IMG/VR virus record: IMGVR_UViG_3300021963_009993 | Coordinates: 1-64,000 of that record | Origin: a virus | Strand: one strand, 5' to 3' | Length of the DNA stretch: 64,000 bases | Part shown: one piece after another, positions 45,694 to 54,491 of the stretch | How positions within the stretch are numbered: the stretch's first letter is position 1 | Layout: every line of letters starts with the position of its first letter | Notes under the pieces: generated by a model | Database searches by the model: none | What the model was told of the DNA's origin: nothing | Seen by the model: the letters and a program-made list of their open reading frames with translations, nothing else | Program-made: the position numbers and the translations under genes

Positions 45694-46387
45694 ATTTGTA
45701 TATTAATTTCCCAATGGATTCCAAGTGTTTGATGGTTGAAGGTTGTTTTTGGTATACAAGAAATACGGTTGGGTATCTATCTTTATGATCATTTTTGTCC
45801 ATTTGTTGCAAATATGATAATTCTCTAACTTGTCTTTTTATCCATTTTTTATATTCTTCAGTATTTTCTGGTGGAGGTGGTGTGATATAAGGATCTAGTC
45901 TATCATTTTTTATATTATTTGAAATGATTTGATCGTTAATTTCTTGTGTAGTTTTATTAGTTTTGATCCAAGTTTCTATTGGTATGGCGATAACATCATG
46001 TCTATTTTTGAATATTGAGTTCCAAAGTCTATAGGCATTTGAGCTTGTGTCATCTTCATTTATGGAGGCGCATGGCATAACACCTTGTTTATTTTGTGTT
46101 GCTAGTTCTAATGCTATTTCGTATAGTGTGGTTCCTATTTTTTTGTTTCTTAGTTGTGGTTCTAGCCAAGCGTTATTGATGCAGGTTGGATTAATATCGG
46201 TTCTGAATTCAACATTTCCTAGTGGTTTTGGTTTTCCGTTTTCATATAGATCTGGTTGTTTTGTAGAATCGAAGAGGTTTATTGTTGTAATATCTTTTCC
46301 ATCCTCGTTTTTTTCTTTAGTTACGACGAACTGAAAGTTATCGAGTGTATCGTATTGTTGTTTAGACAGCCATTCTTTGAATTTCAT
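45692..46387 (-). CDS. Tagged GNAT-fold acetyltransferase-like protein
   Basis: MKFKEWL; INNAWLEPQLRNKKIGTTLYE resembles GNAT motif A; SSNAYRLW. Confidence 0.6.
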   Translation of the reverse strand: MKFKEWLSKQQYDTLDNFQFVVTKEKNEDGKDITTINLFDSTKQPDLYENGKPKPLGNVEFRTDINPTCINNAWLEPQLRNKKIGTTLYEIALELATQNKQGVMPCASINEDDTSSNAYRLWNSIFKNRHDVIAIPIETWIKTNKTTQEINDQIISNNIKNDRLDPYITPPPPENTEEYKKWIKRQVRELSYLQQMDKNDHKDRYPTVFLVYQKQPSTIKHLESIGKLIYK

Positions 46388-46431
46388 AATGAATATTTAT
46401 GTATTATTTAAGAAAATATGGTTGCTAGTTT

Positions 46432-47682
46432 TTATTCCTTTACTTCAATATCTACATCTTGAGGTACTATGGTATTGGCGAAATCTACATAAACTGATTT
46501 TTCGCTTGGGCTCTTTAGTTCTCTTCCGTCTGGGAATGTTACGGCATGGAATGTAGTTGGGAACTGGTAGAATAGATTTCCCAAGACACTTTCTTTGAGT
46601 ACGGATTTTTGGCGAACGCTTAAGGAGCTATTATCGGTAAATTTGATTAACAAATCGGCCCAGATGGAAGGGCCATCGACGGAAACATATTTTGGTATCA
46701 TATCGAAATCTGCGCCGTGTAGAGTTTTCTTTGCTTGGACAATTGGACCCAATTTGGAAACAATTCTGTGCATGAAAGCAATTTTGATTCCATTGAATAT
46801 TCTTTTAATTTCCTTTTTGGTTTCTTGTTCGGATTTTCCAACGATGTATTTGTACCATGTTTGTTTTTTGGCATCATCGGGATTTATTTTGCCATCTGAA
46901 AGAAGTTTATAATTATTGAGCCATAGATTGTATTTTTCTTCCGTGAATTTTTCTTCCAAGGAGGAGAGCATTTCTTCCAATTTTTGTGTAAGTTTTACAA
47001 GTGTATTTGCATCACCTATTCTATTTGCTTCGGCACTTGCTTGAACTTTTATTTCTTCCTTTTCTCTTGCTTTATCTTCTTTCTTTTGTGTTTTAATTTC
47101 TGTGTTAGCTTTATCTATTTTGGGTAATAATATTTTGAAGTCATGTATAGCTTTGTTGATGATATAGGCTGGTTTTCTTTCTTTTCCCATGCCCATAAAT
47201 GATTTCACATTTGTTTTAACGCCATTGATTTCGACTTCTCTTACGAGGTTTCCTGTTTGAATAAGTTTTTTAATATCTTCAAGTTTTTCTGGGTAGATAT
47301 AATCTGTTGCTTTTGTTGTGTTCAATAGATTGACTGCTTTTTCTATTTCATCGAAAAGTTTTTGATTTTCCGTATCCCCTTCTGGTGGTTTTGGCATTAT
47401 ATTTTTCCAAGTGCCGTATGGTAAAAATTTTATATCGTATGGAGAAGTGCTATTGAGGTTTATAAAATCCTGCATTTTCAAATCGCCAAGTTTGTTTCTT
47501 GCTACTCTTATTGCGCTGGCTGCTTTTTGAGCCCATCTTTTAGTTGGATTCATTTTATCGAAGCTTGATTCGATATAATCCAAATCTGCCAACAAGTCAG
47601 TCATATCATTTTTGAGTTGATTGACATCAGATTTTTCGGAATTTTCTTCGTTTACAAGAAGCCAATTTTTAAAATTTAGCAT
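46432..47682 (-). CDS. Tagged protein; C-terminal domain shared with 54492..55952
   Basis: MLNFKNWLLVNEE; RI..KLGPIV...F.D.SS.SV...FYQFPTTFH.V..P.G..LK.PS..SVY..FA. Confidence 0.8.
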   Translation of the reverse strand: MLNFKNWLLVNEENSEKSDVNQLKNDMTDLLADLDYIESSFDKMNPTKRWAQKAASAIRVARNKLGDLKMQDFINLNSTSPYDIKFLPYGTWKNIMPKPPEGDTENQKLFDEIEKAVNLLNTTKATDYIYPEKLEDIKKLIQTGNLVREVEINGVKTNVKSFMGMGKERKPAYIINKAIHDFKILLPKIDKANTEIKTQKKEDKAREKEEIKVQASAEANRIGDANTLVKLTQKLEEMLSSLEEKFTEEKYNLWLNNYKLLSDGKINPDDAKKQTWYKYIVGKSEQETKKEIKRIFNGIKIAFMHRIVSKLGPIVQAKKTLHGADFDMIPKYVSVDGPSIWADLLIKFTDNSSLSVRQKSVLKESVLGNLFYQFPTTFHAVTFPDGRELKSPSEKSVYVDFANTIVPQDVDIEVKE

Positions 47683-47750
47683 ATAATATCCTAAAATAAT
47701 TTATTTTTTATATTTATGTTTATGTTTTATATTTATTTTAGCGATATGGA

Positions 47751-49154
47751 TTATTTATATTGGATCATATCATTCAATACTGATGTCAATTCTTGGGTTT
47801 GTTCTGGTGTCAATTGGATGAGTGGTTTATCGTTGATTGTGATGGTATTTCCTTTGAGTTTAACGGTTTCAGATCCGTTGGTTAATTGTTTATTGACATT
47901 GAAGTATTTTGCGGTAACTTCTCTTGCTTTTTTTCTCCAATCAATTCTTGGTGGTGCTGTGCCGAAGATAGGAGTTTCTGTTGATTCAGATTTAATTCCT
48001 GTCAATTGTTGCATTTGTTGAGGATTAAGAGTTAATGTATAGTCGCCTCTTGATCCGTGGAATTTTAATTGTCTTCCTACTAAATCTAAGTTTATTTTGC
48101 CTAGGACATAAGATTTGATTTGTTTTGGTTGCTGGCTAGCGTCACCGACAAGCAAACAGTAATCACCGCCTTTTGTCTGTACGCAGAATTTGTCGCCTGA
48201 ATTGAGCGGGGTTTTGTTGTTTGGTGTTAGTTGTTTACCATTGAGTGTAAATGTGTTTCTTTTTGTTTTGACAACTGCATACCATTGTTTTTCATCGAGG
48301 TATGTGAAGGTGATGGGTGGATCGTTTTTATCGATGATTGCTGATCTTAGTTCTCCGGGCCATTTTAATGTTATTGAATCATGAACAAATCTTGTTGGTG
48401 ATAGTTTGAAAGTTCTTGGTTCGTTTGCAAAATTGATTGGGTTCATAACTAGCGGAGGTGCTTTAATCACCTTATCAGATATATCTCTGCCTGAAATCTT
48501 GGCTTGGTAAAGGCTTTTGACGCTGGTTCCTTTCATGGTATTTTTCCATTCAAGGTTATTGATTGTAGATGGATCAAGATTAATGTTATCACTTTCCGCA
48601 TAACCAAGGAATTTTACACCATCTTCGACTGGGGGGTATTTAAGGATACAAAGCCCGAATCTTGGTCCTGATAGACCCATGTCCATGTAGATGGCACCTT
48701 TTAAATTTTTCTCACACCAGTTTTTATAATTTCCTAAAAAACTGTCGTTCATATTTTTATCGTAATCATTTAGTTTTTCTTGCCAATCCGGTCCGGCTTC
48801 TTTTTTCCAACTCTCTAGAACCTTGAGTTTTTTGAGTTGGCTGCTGACTAGGTAATCTGGGCCGTGCATTTTCATCGCTTCATTTTTTGAGAGGACAAGG
48901 AAGTTTTCTAGTCCTGATATTTTCCATTTTGTAATATATCTGCCATAGTCTTCTGCATGTGAAGTGAATTGCGACTCTAGGTTTACCATAGTGTATAGAC
49001 CGCATCCGAGGGCGCATCCACCGGATTTACCTGCTTCAAATATTTGCGATATGAGAGATGATACGGTTCCTAGGTCTGTAGTTCTGTGGTAAACGACAGC
49101 GGTGTTGTTTTGCAGATATAGTTCTTCAGTAAGTAGCCATTGTGAAAAGTTCAT
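47751..49154 (-). CDS. Tagged PARP/ART-like protein with a possible FHA-like C-terminal region
   Basis: MNFSQWLLTEE; VVYHRT...GCGLYT...YGRYI; later FTLNGKQLTPNNKTPLNSGDKF. Confidence 0.55.
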   Translation of the reverse strand: MNFSQWLLTEELYLQNNTAVVYHRTTDLGTVSSLISQIFEAGKSGGCALGCGLYTMVNLESQFTSHAEDYGRYITKWKISGLENFLVLSKNEAMKMHGPDYLVSSQLKKLKVLESWKKEAGPDWQEKLNDYDKNMNDSFLGNYKNWCEKNLKGAIYMDMGLSGPRFGLCILKYPPVEDGVKFLGYAESDNINLDPSTINNLEWKNTMKGTSVKSLYQAKISGRDISDKVIKAPPLVMNPINFANEPRTFKLSPTRFVHDSITLKWPGELRSAIIDKNDPPITFTYLDEKQWYAVVKTKRNTFTLNGKQLTPNNKTPLNSGDKFCVQTKGGDYCLLVGDASQQPKQIKSYVLGKINLDLVGRQLKFHGSRGDYTLTLNPQQMQQLTGIKSESTETPIFGTAPPRIDWRKKAREVTAKYFNVNKQLTNGSETVKLKGNTITINDKPLIQLTPEQTQELTSVLNDMIQYK

Positions 49155-49160
49155 AATGTA

Positions 49161-49168
49161 TATTTATA
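49161..49168 (-). promoter_or_regulatory. T4-type late promoter (TATAAATA)
   Basis: 6 nt before ATG 49154. Confidence 0.65.
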
Positions 49169-49189
49169 ATTTAAAAAATAGTTTTTAAT

Positions 49190-49272
49190 TGGTGAGAGAG
49201 GGATTCGAACCCCCGAAGGCATAAGCCGTCAGATTTACAGTCTGATCCAATTGTCCACTCTGGCATCTCACC
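49190..49272 (-). tRNA. trnY: tRNA-Tyr (GTA), long variable arm, CCA not encoded
   Basis: GGTGAGA/TCTCACC acceptor stem, TCAGA-CTGTAAA-TCTGA anticodon arm, GGGGG-TTCGAAT-CCCTC T arm. Confidence 0.95.
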
Positions 49273-49297
49273 ATGATTTTAATTGAGTGGAATTAGT

Positions 49298-49693
49298 TTA
49301 AATCTTTCTGGCGATTATACCTTTGGATGTGATTATTTTTTCTGTAGTTTTTTGTGGGTTTGTTATTGGGTATCCCCATTTACCTTTATTTGATATATTG
49401 TATGGGGAATCTTTATCAACGAGGTGTTTGTCTTGATCTTTTTTGAATTCATTTTCATTGTTGTAGAATTTTGGTTTATTGAAAGTGGCGTAGCCAACTA
49501 GTGTTGCTGGGCCTTTTCCGGTTCGTATGATACCAACTTTTTTGTTTACATATGGGTTGAGTGATGGTGTATCTCTGGTTTCGATGGTTTTTTCACCTGC
49601 CATTATTTGTTTGGTGAATGGTTGGTGTTTATCGTTTATATTGATGCCGATTTTGGGTTGGTCGTTTTCTTTTAGCCATAGTTTAAAGTTCAT
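49298..49693 (-). CDS. Tagged ASCH-domain protein
   Basis: MNFKLWLKE; IMAGEKTIETR...LVGYATF...WGYPITNP. Confidence 0.8.
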   Translation of the reverse strand: MNFKLWLKENDQPKIGININDKHQPFTKQIMAGEKTIETRDTPSLNPYVNKKVGIIRTGKGPATLVGYATFNKPKFYNNENEFKKDQDKHLVDKDSPYNISNKGKWGYPITNPQKTTEKIITSKGIIARKI

Positions 49694-49713
49694 GATTTAT
49701 TATATATAAAATT

Positions 49714-49881
49714 ATGAAAACATTTATGGAATGGTTGAATGAGTACAATGCGCCTAGGGCTGGGATGAAGTCTCGTTGGTCTGTTAAGTACAAGAAGTCT
49801 ATTAATTGCAGTAATCCCAAGGGATTCAGTCAGAAGAATTATTGCAAGCGCAAGAAGCGTGGTGGTGGTTATCGTTCTTGA
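49714..49881 (+). CDS. Tagged small basic protein (WSxKYKKSIxCxNPKGFSQ family)
   Basis: Missed by the ORF track (55 aa): MKTFMEWLNE...RWSVKYKKSINCSNPKGFSQKNYCKRKKRGG. Confidence 0.8.
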   Translation: MKTFMEWLNEYNAPRAGMKSRWSVKYKKSINCSNPKGFSQKNYCKRKKRGGGYRS

Positions 49882-51170
49882 CTTGGTTGTGCTTGATCTT
49901 TTTTAAGTATTTTTATTTGTTTTGGGTCGAACACGGCGATATTACTTGCGCCTCTTTCTTTTGTCATAATTGAGTCGAATCCTTGTTTTTTGATGAAGTC
50001 TATGATTGGTTTTGATTCGACGAATCTCCAGCTTTTGTTTTCAATTCTCCAGAGGATGTGTTCTATTGCATCTTCGATTGTTTGGACTGGTTGGTTTGTT
50101 TTTGGGTTGTTTAATGTTGGCGAGATGTTGAAATTAGCCCCTGTAACTGGGTCTTTGTATTTGTTTTCGATTGCTTTTTTGATTGCTGGGACGAGTATGA
50201 GTCGATGTTTTTCATCTTGTGGTTTGAATGGATTTTTGGCATTGAGGCAAGCTGTGAATACATTTCCTTTTGATGTTTCGCCTGCGAACCCTTCGCCTGT
50301 AGCGAACATGTGTGCGAATTTCGGATCATCTGTGAAGTAGATGGTGCCGTAGTAGTTTGATTTGCCGGGATCGAAGTTATCGAAATCTTTTTGTGTGCCG
50401 TGGTAGACTGGTCCGAATAGTCCATCGCATTGGTTTTCTTCCTGTAGGGTGAGGAATGTTTTGAAAGAGAAATCTAGTGATGGGTTGTATGAATCGCCTG
50501 TGAATCTTTGTTGGAAGGCTTTTAGGTCACCTCTGGTATTTGCGAATGGTGATTGGTAGTATCTGCCTCTGACTTCCTTTTCATCTGTATCGACATTTGA
50601 TTTGACTGAGAATGGTTCGTAGAGGATATCTTTTACTTTTTCTGTCCATTTTCTTTTTGTTGTGTAGTCGAAAATGTTGACATCGATGTCATCGAATATT
50701 TGTTCATTGTCCATGTATTTTGGTTTTTCTTTTATTTTATTGATGCAATCAGCTAGTTGTTTCTTTTTGTCTTGTCCCCAATCTGCCAATTCGACATTGT
50801 TGTTTCTGGTTAGTATGAATCCGAATTTTTTTACACCGTCGCCAACGGTGTCATATTTCTTTGAATCGAGGGTGGAATATTTGGAATAGAAGTCGTATAG
50901 TGGCCATTTTTTGATATTGGGTTGGAATTTTTCAATGAATCTGACTGTTTCTGGGAATATCCAACCTACGCTTTTTAGATCTTTGATTTTGCTTAGTTCG
51001 CTTGGATTTGCTTCGTTGATGTGTTCATCGATAGTTGGCATGAATCTTTCTTTGAAGTCTTTGATAATGAGTATGTTTGTAGCGATGCCGTGGTCACCGC
51101 TACCGACAACATTGACATCGATAAGTTCTTTGGTGTTTGGGTTGTATAGATGTTCGCCTAGTTCGTTCAT
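49869..51170 (-). CDS. Two-part protein with C-terminal ART-PolyVal-like ADP-ribosyltransferase domain
   Basis: VYHGT..DF..FD...GTIYFTDD...A..FA...NVF...LN.KNP...GFDSI...IAVFDPKQIK; an internal tag-like FSFKTFLTLQEE precedes it. Confidence 0.75.
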   Translation of the reverse strand: MNELGEHLYNPNTKELIDVNVVGSGDHGIATNILIIKDFKERFMPTIDEHINEANPSELSKIKDLKSVGWIFPETVRFIEKFQPNIKKWPLYDFYSKYSTLDSKKYDTVGDGVKKFGFILTRNNNVELADWGQDKKKQLADCINKIKEKPKYMDNEQIFDDIDVNIFDYTTKRKWTEKVKDILYEPFSVKSNVDTDEKEVRGRYYQSPFANTRGDLKAFQQRFTGDSYNPSLDFSFKTFLTLQEENQCDGLFGPVYHGTQKDFDNFDPGKSNYYGTIYFTDDPKFAHMFATGEGFAGETSKGNVFTACLNAKNPFKPQDEKHRLILVPAIKKAIENKYKDPVTGANFNISPTLNNPKTNQPVQTIEDAIEHILWRIENKSWRFVESKPIIDFIKKQGFDSIMTKERGASNIAVFDPKQIKILKKDQAQPSQER

Positions 51171-51198
51171 GTCAGACCTTTTTGTTGTTCATTGAAAT

Positions 51199-51217
51199 TA
51201 TTTATGTTTTATAAATA
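51199..51217. promoter_or_regulatory. Back-to-back late promoters (CATAAATA on -, TATAAATA on +)
   Basis: Lie between the divergent ART and Nudix genes. Confidence 0.6.
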
Positions 51218-51234
51218 CAAAAAAGGGTGTAATT

Positions 51235-51966
51235 ATGAATTTTAAATCTTGGTTTTTGAATGAAGAGAGTGGTGGCAAGGAGTATTGGGGTCCATTCAGT
51301 TATGTCACAAGGGAAGGTGATTATCTTAGGGTGACGGCAGATTTGTTGGACAAACCGCTTTACATACCTGTTAATGGCGGTGTCACATATGTTGAAAAGT
51401 ATCCTTTAGATAAGCGTTTGAATCCACCTTGGAACAAGTATTTTCGTTATTCTGTTTCCGGTGATGGCAGGTATGTTGTCAATTATGTCGAGAACAGGGC
51501 TGTTGATTGTGTTTGTTATTCGCCAAAGTATGATGCTATTTATTTGATAAACCGCAAAGCATCTCCTGTTGGTTTGGCTATTCCCGGCGGTTTTTTTGAT
51601 ACGCATGACGGAATTGATTCAAACAATCCAACTGATCCAGAATCTATTGGAAGAAAAGCAGCTGCCAGAGAGTTGCAAGAAGAGACTGGGGCGAAAATAA
51701 ATCCCGGTGAGCTTTCTTATATTGGTCGTTTTAGGACGGGTGATTCTGACAGCAGGGAAAAGAACTTCTATGTGTGGGCTTACTTCTACAGGGTGCCAGA
51801 TGAAAGTATTCGTTCTTTCAAGTTTGGTGATGATGCTGGTCAGGCACCGGGTAGTCCTTCTTTGCAGCGTGATGGTTTGAAGGGTTGGTACAAGTTGGAT
51901 GAGATTCCAAGTCTGGCATTTCCCCATCACATGGACATCATAAAACAAGCTACCCATCTTGTGTAA
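51235..51966 (+). CDS. Tagged Nudix hydrolase (ADP-ribose pyrophosphatase-like)
   Basis: MNFKSWFLNEE; AVDCV...LAIPGGF...AAARELQEETG...FGDDA...LAFPHH. Confidence 0.85.
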   Translation: MNFKSWFLNEESGGKEYWGPFSYVTREGDYLRVTADLLDKPLYIPVNGGVTYVEKYPLDKRLNPPWNKYFRYSVSGDGRYVVNYVENRAVDCVCYSPKYDAIYLINRKASPVGLAIPGGFFDTHDGIDSNNPTDPESIGRKAAARELQEETGAKINPGELSYIGRFRTGDSDSREKNFYVWAYFYRVPDESIRSFKFGDDAGQAPGSPSLQRDGLKGWYKLDEIPSLAFPHHMDIIKQATHLV

Positions 51967-52060
51967 AATCTAATTCTTTTATTGCATTTAATTAGATTTT
52001 TTTCAGAAAATGCTTGTTTTCCCGAATAAAATCTAATTCTTTTATTACATTTAATTAGAC
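51965..52060. repeat. ~33-bp duplicated self-complementary element
   Basis: AAAATCTAATTCTTTTATT.CATTTAATTAGA x2, with ATCTAATT/AATTAGAT arms. Confidence 0.75.
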
Positions 52061-52095
52061 TTGCGAGGTATAAAATTATATCCTTGTCTATTGGG

Positions 52096-52133
52096 AAAAA
52101 AGTTGTATTGGGAATTTTTTGTATTTACACTAG
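52096..52133 (+). promoter_or_regulatory. Early promoter family member lacking clear GATAT boxes
   Basis: AAAAG-TTGTAT-N17-TACACT-AG. Confidence 0.75.
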
Positions 52134-52194
52134 TGATGTCGATGGGACTTGTGTCCTGTCGAGCCAAGTTAATTTATCAATGGAGTGATTTGTC

Positions 52195-52674
52195 ATGGGT
52201 GTTAAGAATAAGAAGGTGACAATCAGTTTGGGCAAGGTTGTGAGCTTGTTGGAGAGTTTTTTCTATAGGGTTTATTTGAAGCCCGATATGAAGCCCAAGA
52301 AGATGGAGGATTATGCTTTTTCAAGACGGTCATCATATGATGGGTATCGTTACACAACTGTGACTCTTAGTAATGGTGCTTTTTGTTTGAAGACAGACAA
52401 CACCAAAAGGTTTGCTGTGCCAGCGGGTGTGTTCATTCCTTTTGTGATTGACCAGTTGGTAGGAAAGGGAAGAATCAAGAGTGCCAATCATGTTGTCGAT
52501 ATTTTCATGAGGAGTCCTGTTCGTGGAGGGCCGATGGTGGTATCGATGTTAGGCATCTTGAGTGGATTGACATTTCTTGTATCCGATGAGCCTCTTCCAG
52601 AACCCATGAATTGGGATTTTGGGAATATCGATGCGATAGAAGAGTTTTGCCGAAATTCATATGAGATGATGTGA
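52195..52674 (+). CDS. Hypothetical protein
   Basis: GGAG RBS after the early promoter. Confidence 0.75.
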   Translation: MGVKNKKVTISLGKVVSLLESFFYRVYLKPDMKPKKMEDYAFSRRSSYDGYRYTTVTLSNGAFCLKTDNTKRFAVPAGVFIPFVIDQLVGKGRIKSANHVVDIFMRSPVRGGPMVVSMLGILSGLTFLVSDEPLPEPMNWDFGNIDAIEEFCRNSYEMM

Positions 52675-52702
52675 TTTTTATTTAACACAAGGAGGAATTG
52701 TC

Positions 52703-53476
52703 ATGGGTATCAAGACTGAGATTGCGTGGACTGAAAGCACCATCAACTTTTGGTGGGGTTGCTGCAAAGTTTCCGAGGGTTGCAAGCATTGCTATGCCGA
52801 AAAGGACAATGATCGTTATCAATTGGCAGAGTGGGGACCAGACACTTTGCGTACATGGATTAAGACCTGTTATGCGAATGCCAGCAGAGCCAACAAGATT
52901 GGTAGGGAGAGTGGCATCAAGAGAAGGGTCTTTACCTTGTCTATGGGTGATTTCTTTGAAACTCATGCTGTTTTGGATGAGTATCGTGCTAGGGCTTGGA
53001 AGCACATCAAATCTTTGACTCATATCAATTGGCTAGTGTTGACCAAGCGTCCAGAGAACATTGCTTCGATGTTGCCAAAGGATTTCCATAATGGTGACTA
53101 CAAGCATGTTCATTTGGGCACTACTTGTGAGCATGAGAAGTATGTTGATCGTTTGGATTATCTTCGTGATATTCCTGAGTGGGGAGGAATCCGTTGGGTA
53201 AGTTACGAGCCTGCTCTGAGTCCTATTGATCATGTTGTTGATTTGACCAAGATTGATTGGTTGATTTATGGTGGGGAGAGTAGTCGTAGTTATCTTGGGT
53301 TCCGCAAGGACAATGATGAGTGGGCTAGGAGGATCAAGGTTTTGTGTGAGAAGGAGGGTACTGTTTTCTTTTACAAACAAAATAGTGGTTTGAAAAGGAA
53401 GCTACTCAAGAAGTTGGATGGTGTTCAGCATTACAATTTCCCAGACTTTGACAAGAATCATCTGGAAGTTGTTTAG
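52703..53476 (+). CDS. DUF5131 / phage Gp37-Gp68 family protein
   Basis: TEIAWT..T.N.WWGC.KVSEGCKHCYAE, LTKRPEN, WVSYEP, IDWLI.GGES, FFYKQ. Confidence 0.9.
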   Translation: MGIKTEIAWTESTINFWWGCCKVSEGCKHCYAEKDNDRYQLAEWGPDTLRTWIKTCYANASRANKIGRESGIKRRVFTLSMGDFFETHAVLDEYRARAWKHIKSLTHINWLVLTKRPENIASMLPKDFHNGDYKHVHLGTTCEHEKYVDRLDYLRDIPEWGGIRWVSYEPALSPIDHVVDLTKIDWLIYGGESSRSYLGFRKDNDEWARRIKVLCEKEGTVFFYKQNSGLKRKLLKKLDGVQHYNFPDFDKNHLEVV

Positions 53477-53937
53477 TATCCTTCTTCAACTTCTATGATT
53501 TCGGCTGCGTTGGTCAGGTATTCCCATACGCTTTCATTAGGGTGTGGGATGCCTGACCAATAGTTATTTGCTGCTTCGATTACTTCCATGCTATTTTCAT
53601 CATGGCCCGATGACAGAAGACTTTCTATTTCTGAATTCCAATTGACATCATGTCTTTCTACTTTCCCCAACGGTTTTAGTTTGAATATCCAATCTGTAAC
53701 GGCACCTGCCAATTCTAGATCATCTGTGTTATCTGTCATGAATACTGCATCTTTGTGAGATATCATGTTCTTTGGTCTATATTTTTCCAGTATTTTGTAC
53801 CAAGGATTAAATCCCCAATCTTTTTCGTATTGTTCAGTCCTACCTTTCAATATTGTTCCTACTGGTATTTCTTTTGAACTACCATGAAAGAAAATACGGG
53901 ATTCAATGCTTTCCAAGAACTGTTTGAATGTTTTCAT
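53473..53937 (-). CDS. Tagged Arr-like ADP-ribosyltransferase-fold protein
   Basis: MKTFKQFLE; FFHGS...VG.IL...AVFMT...IFKLKP.G.VE...WEYL. Confidence 0.55.
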   Translation of the reverse strand: MKTFKQFLESIESRIFFHGSSKEIPVGTILKGRTEQYEKDWGFNPWYKILEKYRPKNMISHKDAVFMTDNTDDLELAGAVTDWIFKLKPLGKVERHDVNWNSEIESLLSSGHDENSMEVIEAANNYWSGIPHPNESVWEYLTNAAEIIEVEEGY

Positions 53938-53940
53938 GTT

Positions 53941-54489
53941 TTAGATTGTTCGTATTCCCTTGTTAGTCAATTCAAATTTCATATTTATTTTGAATGGTTG
54001 TACTTGGTTTTCACCTAATTTGTGTACTTGCATGCCTTTGGTATCGAGCATTTTTTGCAGGTTTCCACCCTTGCTGAATTTGCCTACTGCTGCCATGACA
54101 TCCCTTGTGACCATTTGTTTTGCCTGTTGTTCATTTTCGGCATTTACTATTGCATTTACTTCTACAACCAAAGCGGTTTGACCTTGTTCTTTTGATTCTA
54201 TTATTTCGATGTTGAATTCTGAGTAGTATGCTTTTGATTGTGCGTGGTGTTTGATTGTTTCCTTGAGTGAATTAATAGATCTGATGTTAATTTCATCGGC
54301 TTGGATATTTTGATGAATGGCTGGTTTTTCGTTATAGCTTTGTGATTGCACCATGTATTGTTGTAGGTTGTTGTTTTTTGCTTGTGCAGCACTAGCCATG
54401 CCTAAACCAGCTGCCAGACCCAAGGCACCTGTTTTCAATAGGTTTTCATCATATTGTTCTTGATTTTCTAGCCAGTTTTTGAATTGCAT
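53941..54489 (-). CDS. Tagged protein with an internal signal-peptide-like segment
   Basis: MQFKNWLE...DENLLKTGALGLAAGLGMASAAQA. Confidence 0.7.
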   Translation of the reverse strand: MQFKNWLENQEQYDENLLKTGALGLAAGLGMASAAQAKNNNLQQYMVQSQSYNEKPAIHQNIQADEINIRSINSLKETIKHHAQSKAYYSEFNIEIIESKEQGQTALVVEVNAIVNAENEQQAKQMVTRDVMAAVGKFSKGGNLQKMLDTKGMQVHKLGENQVQPFKINMKFELTNKGIRTI

Positions 54490-54491
54490 GA

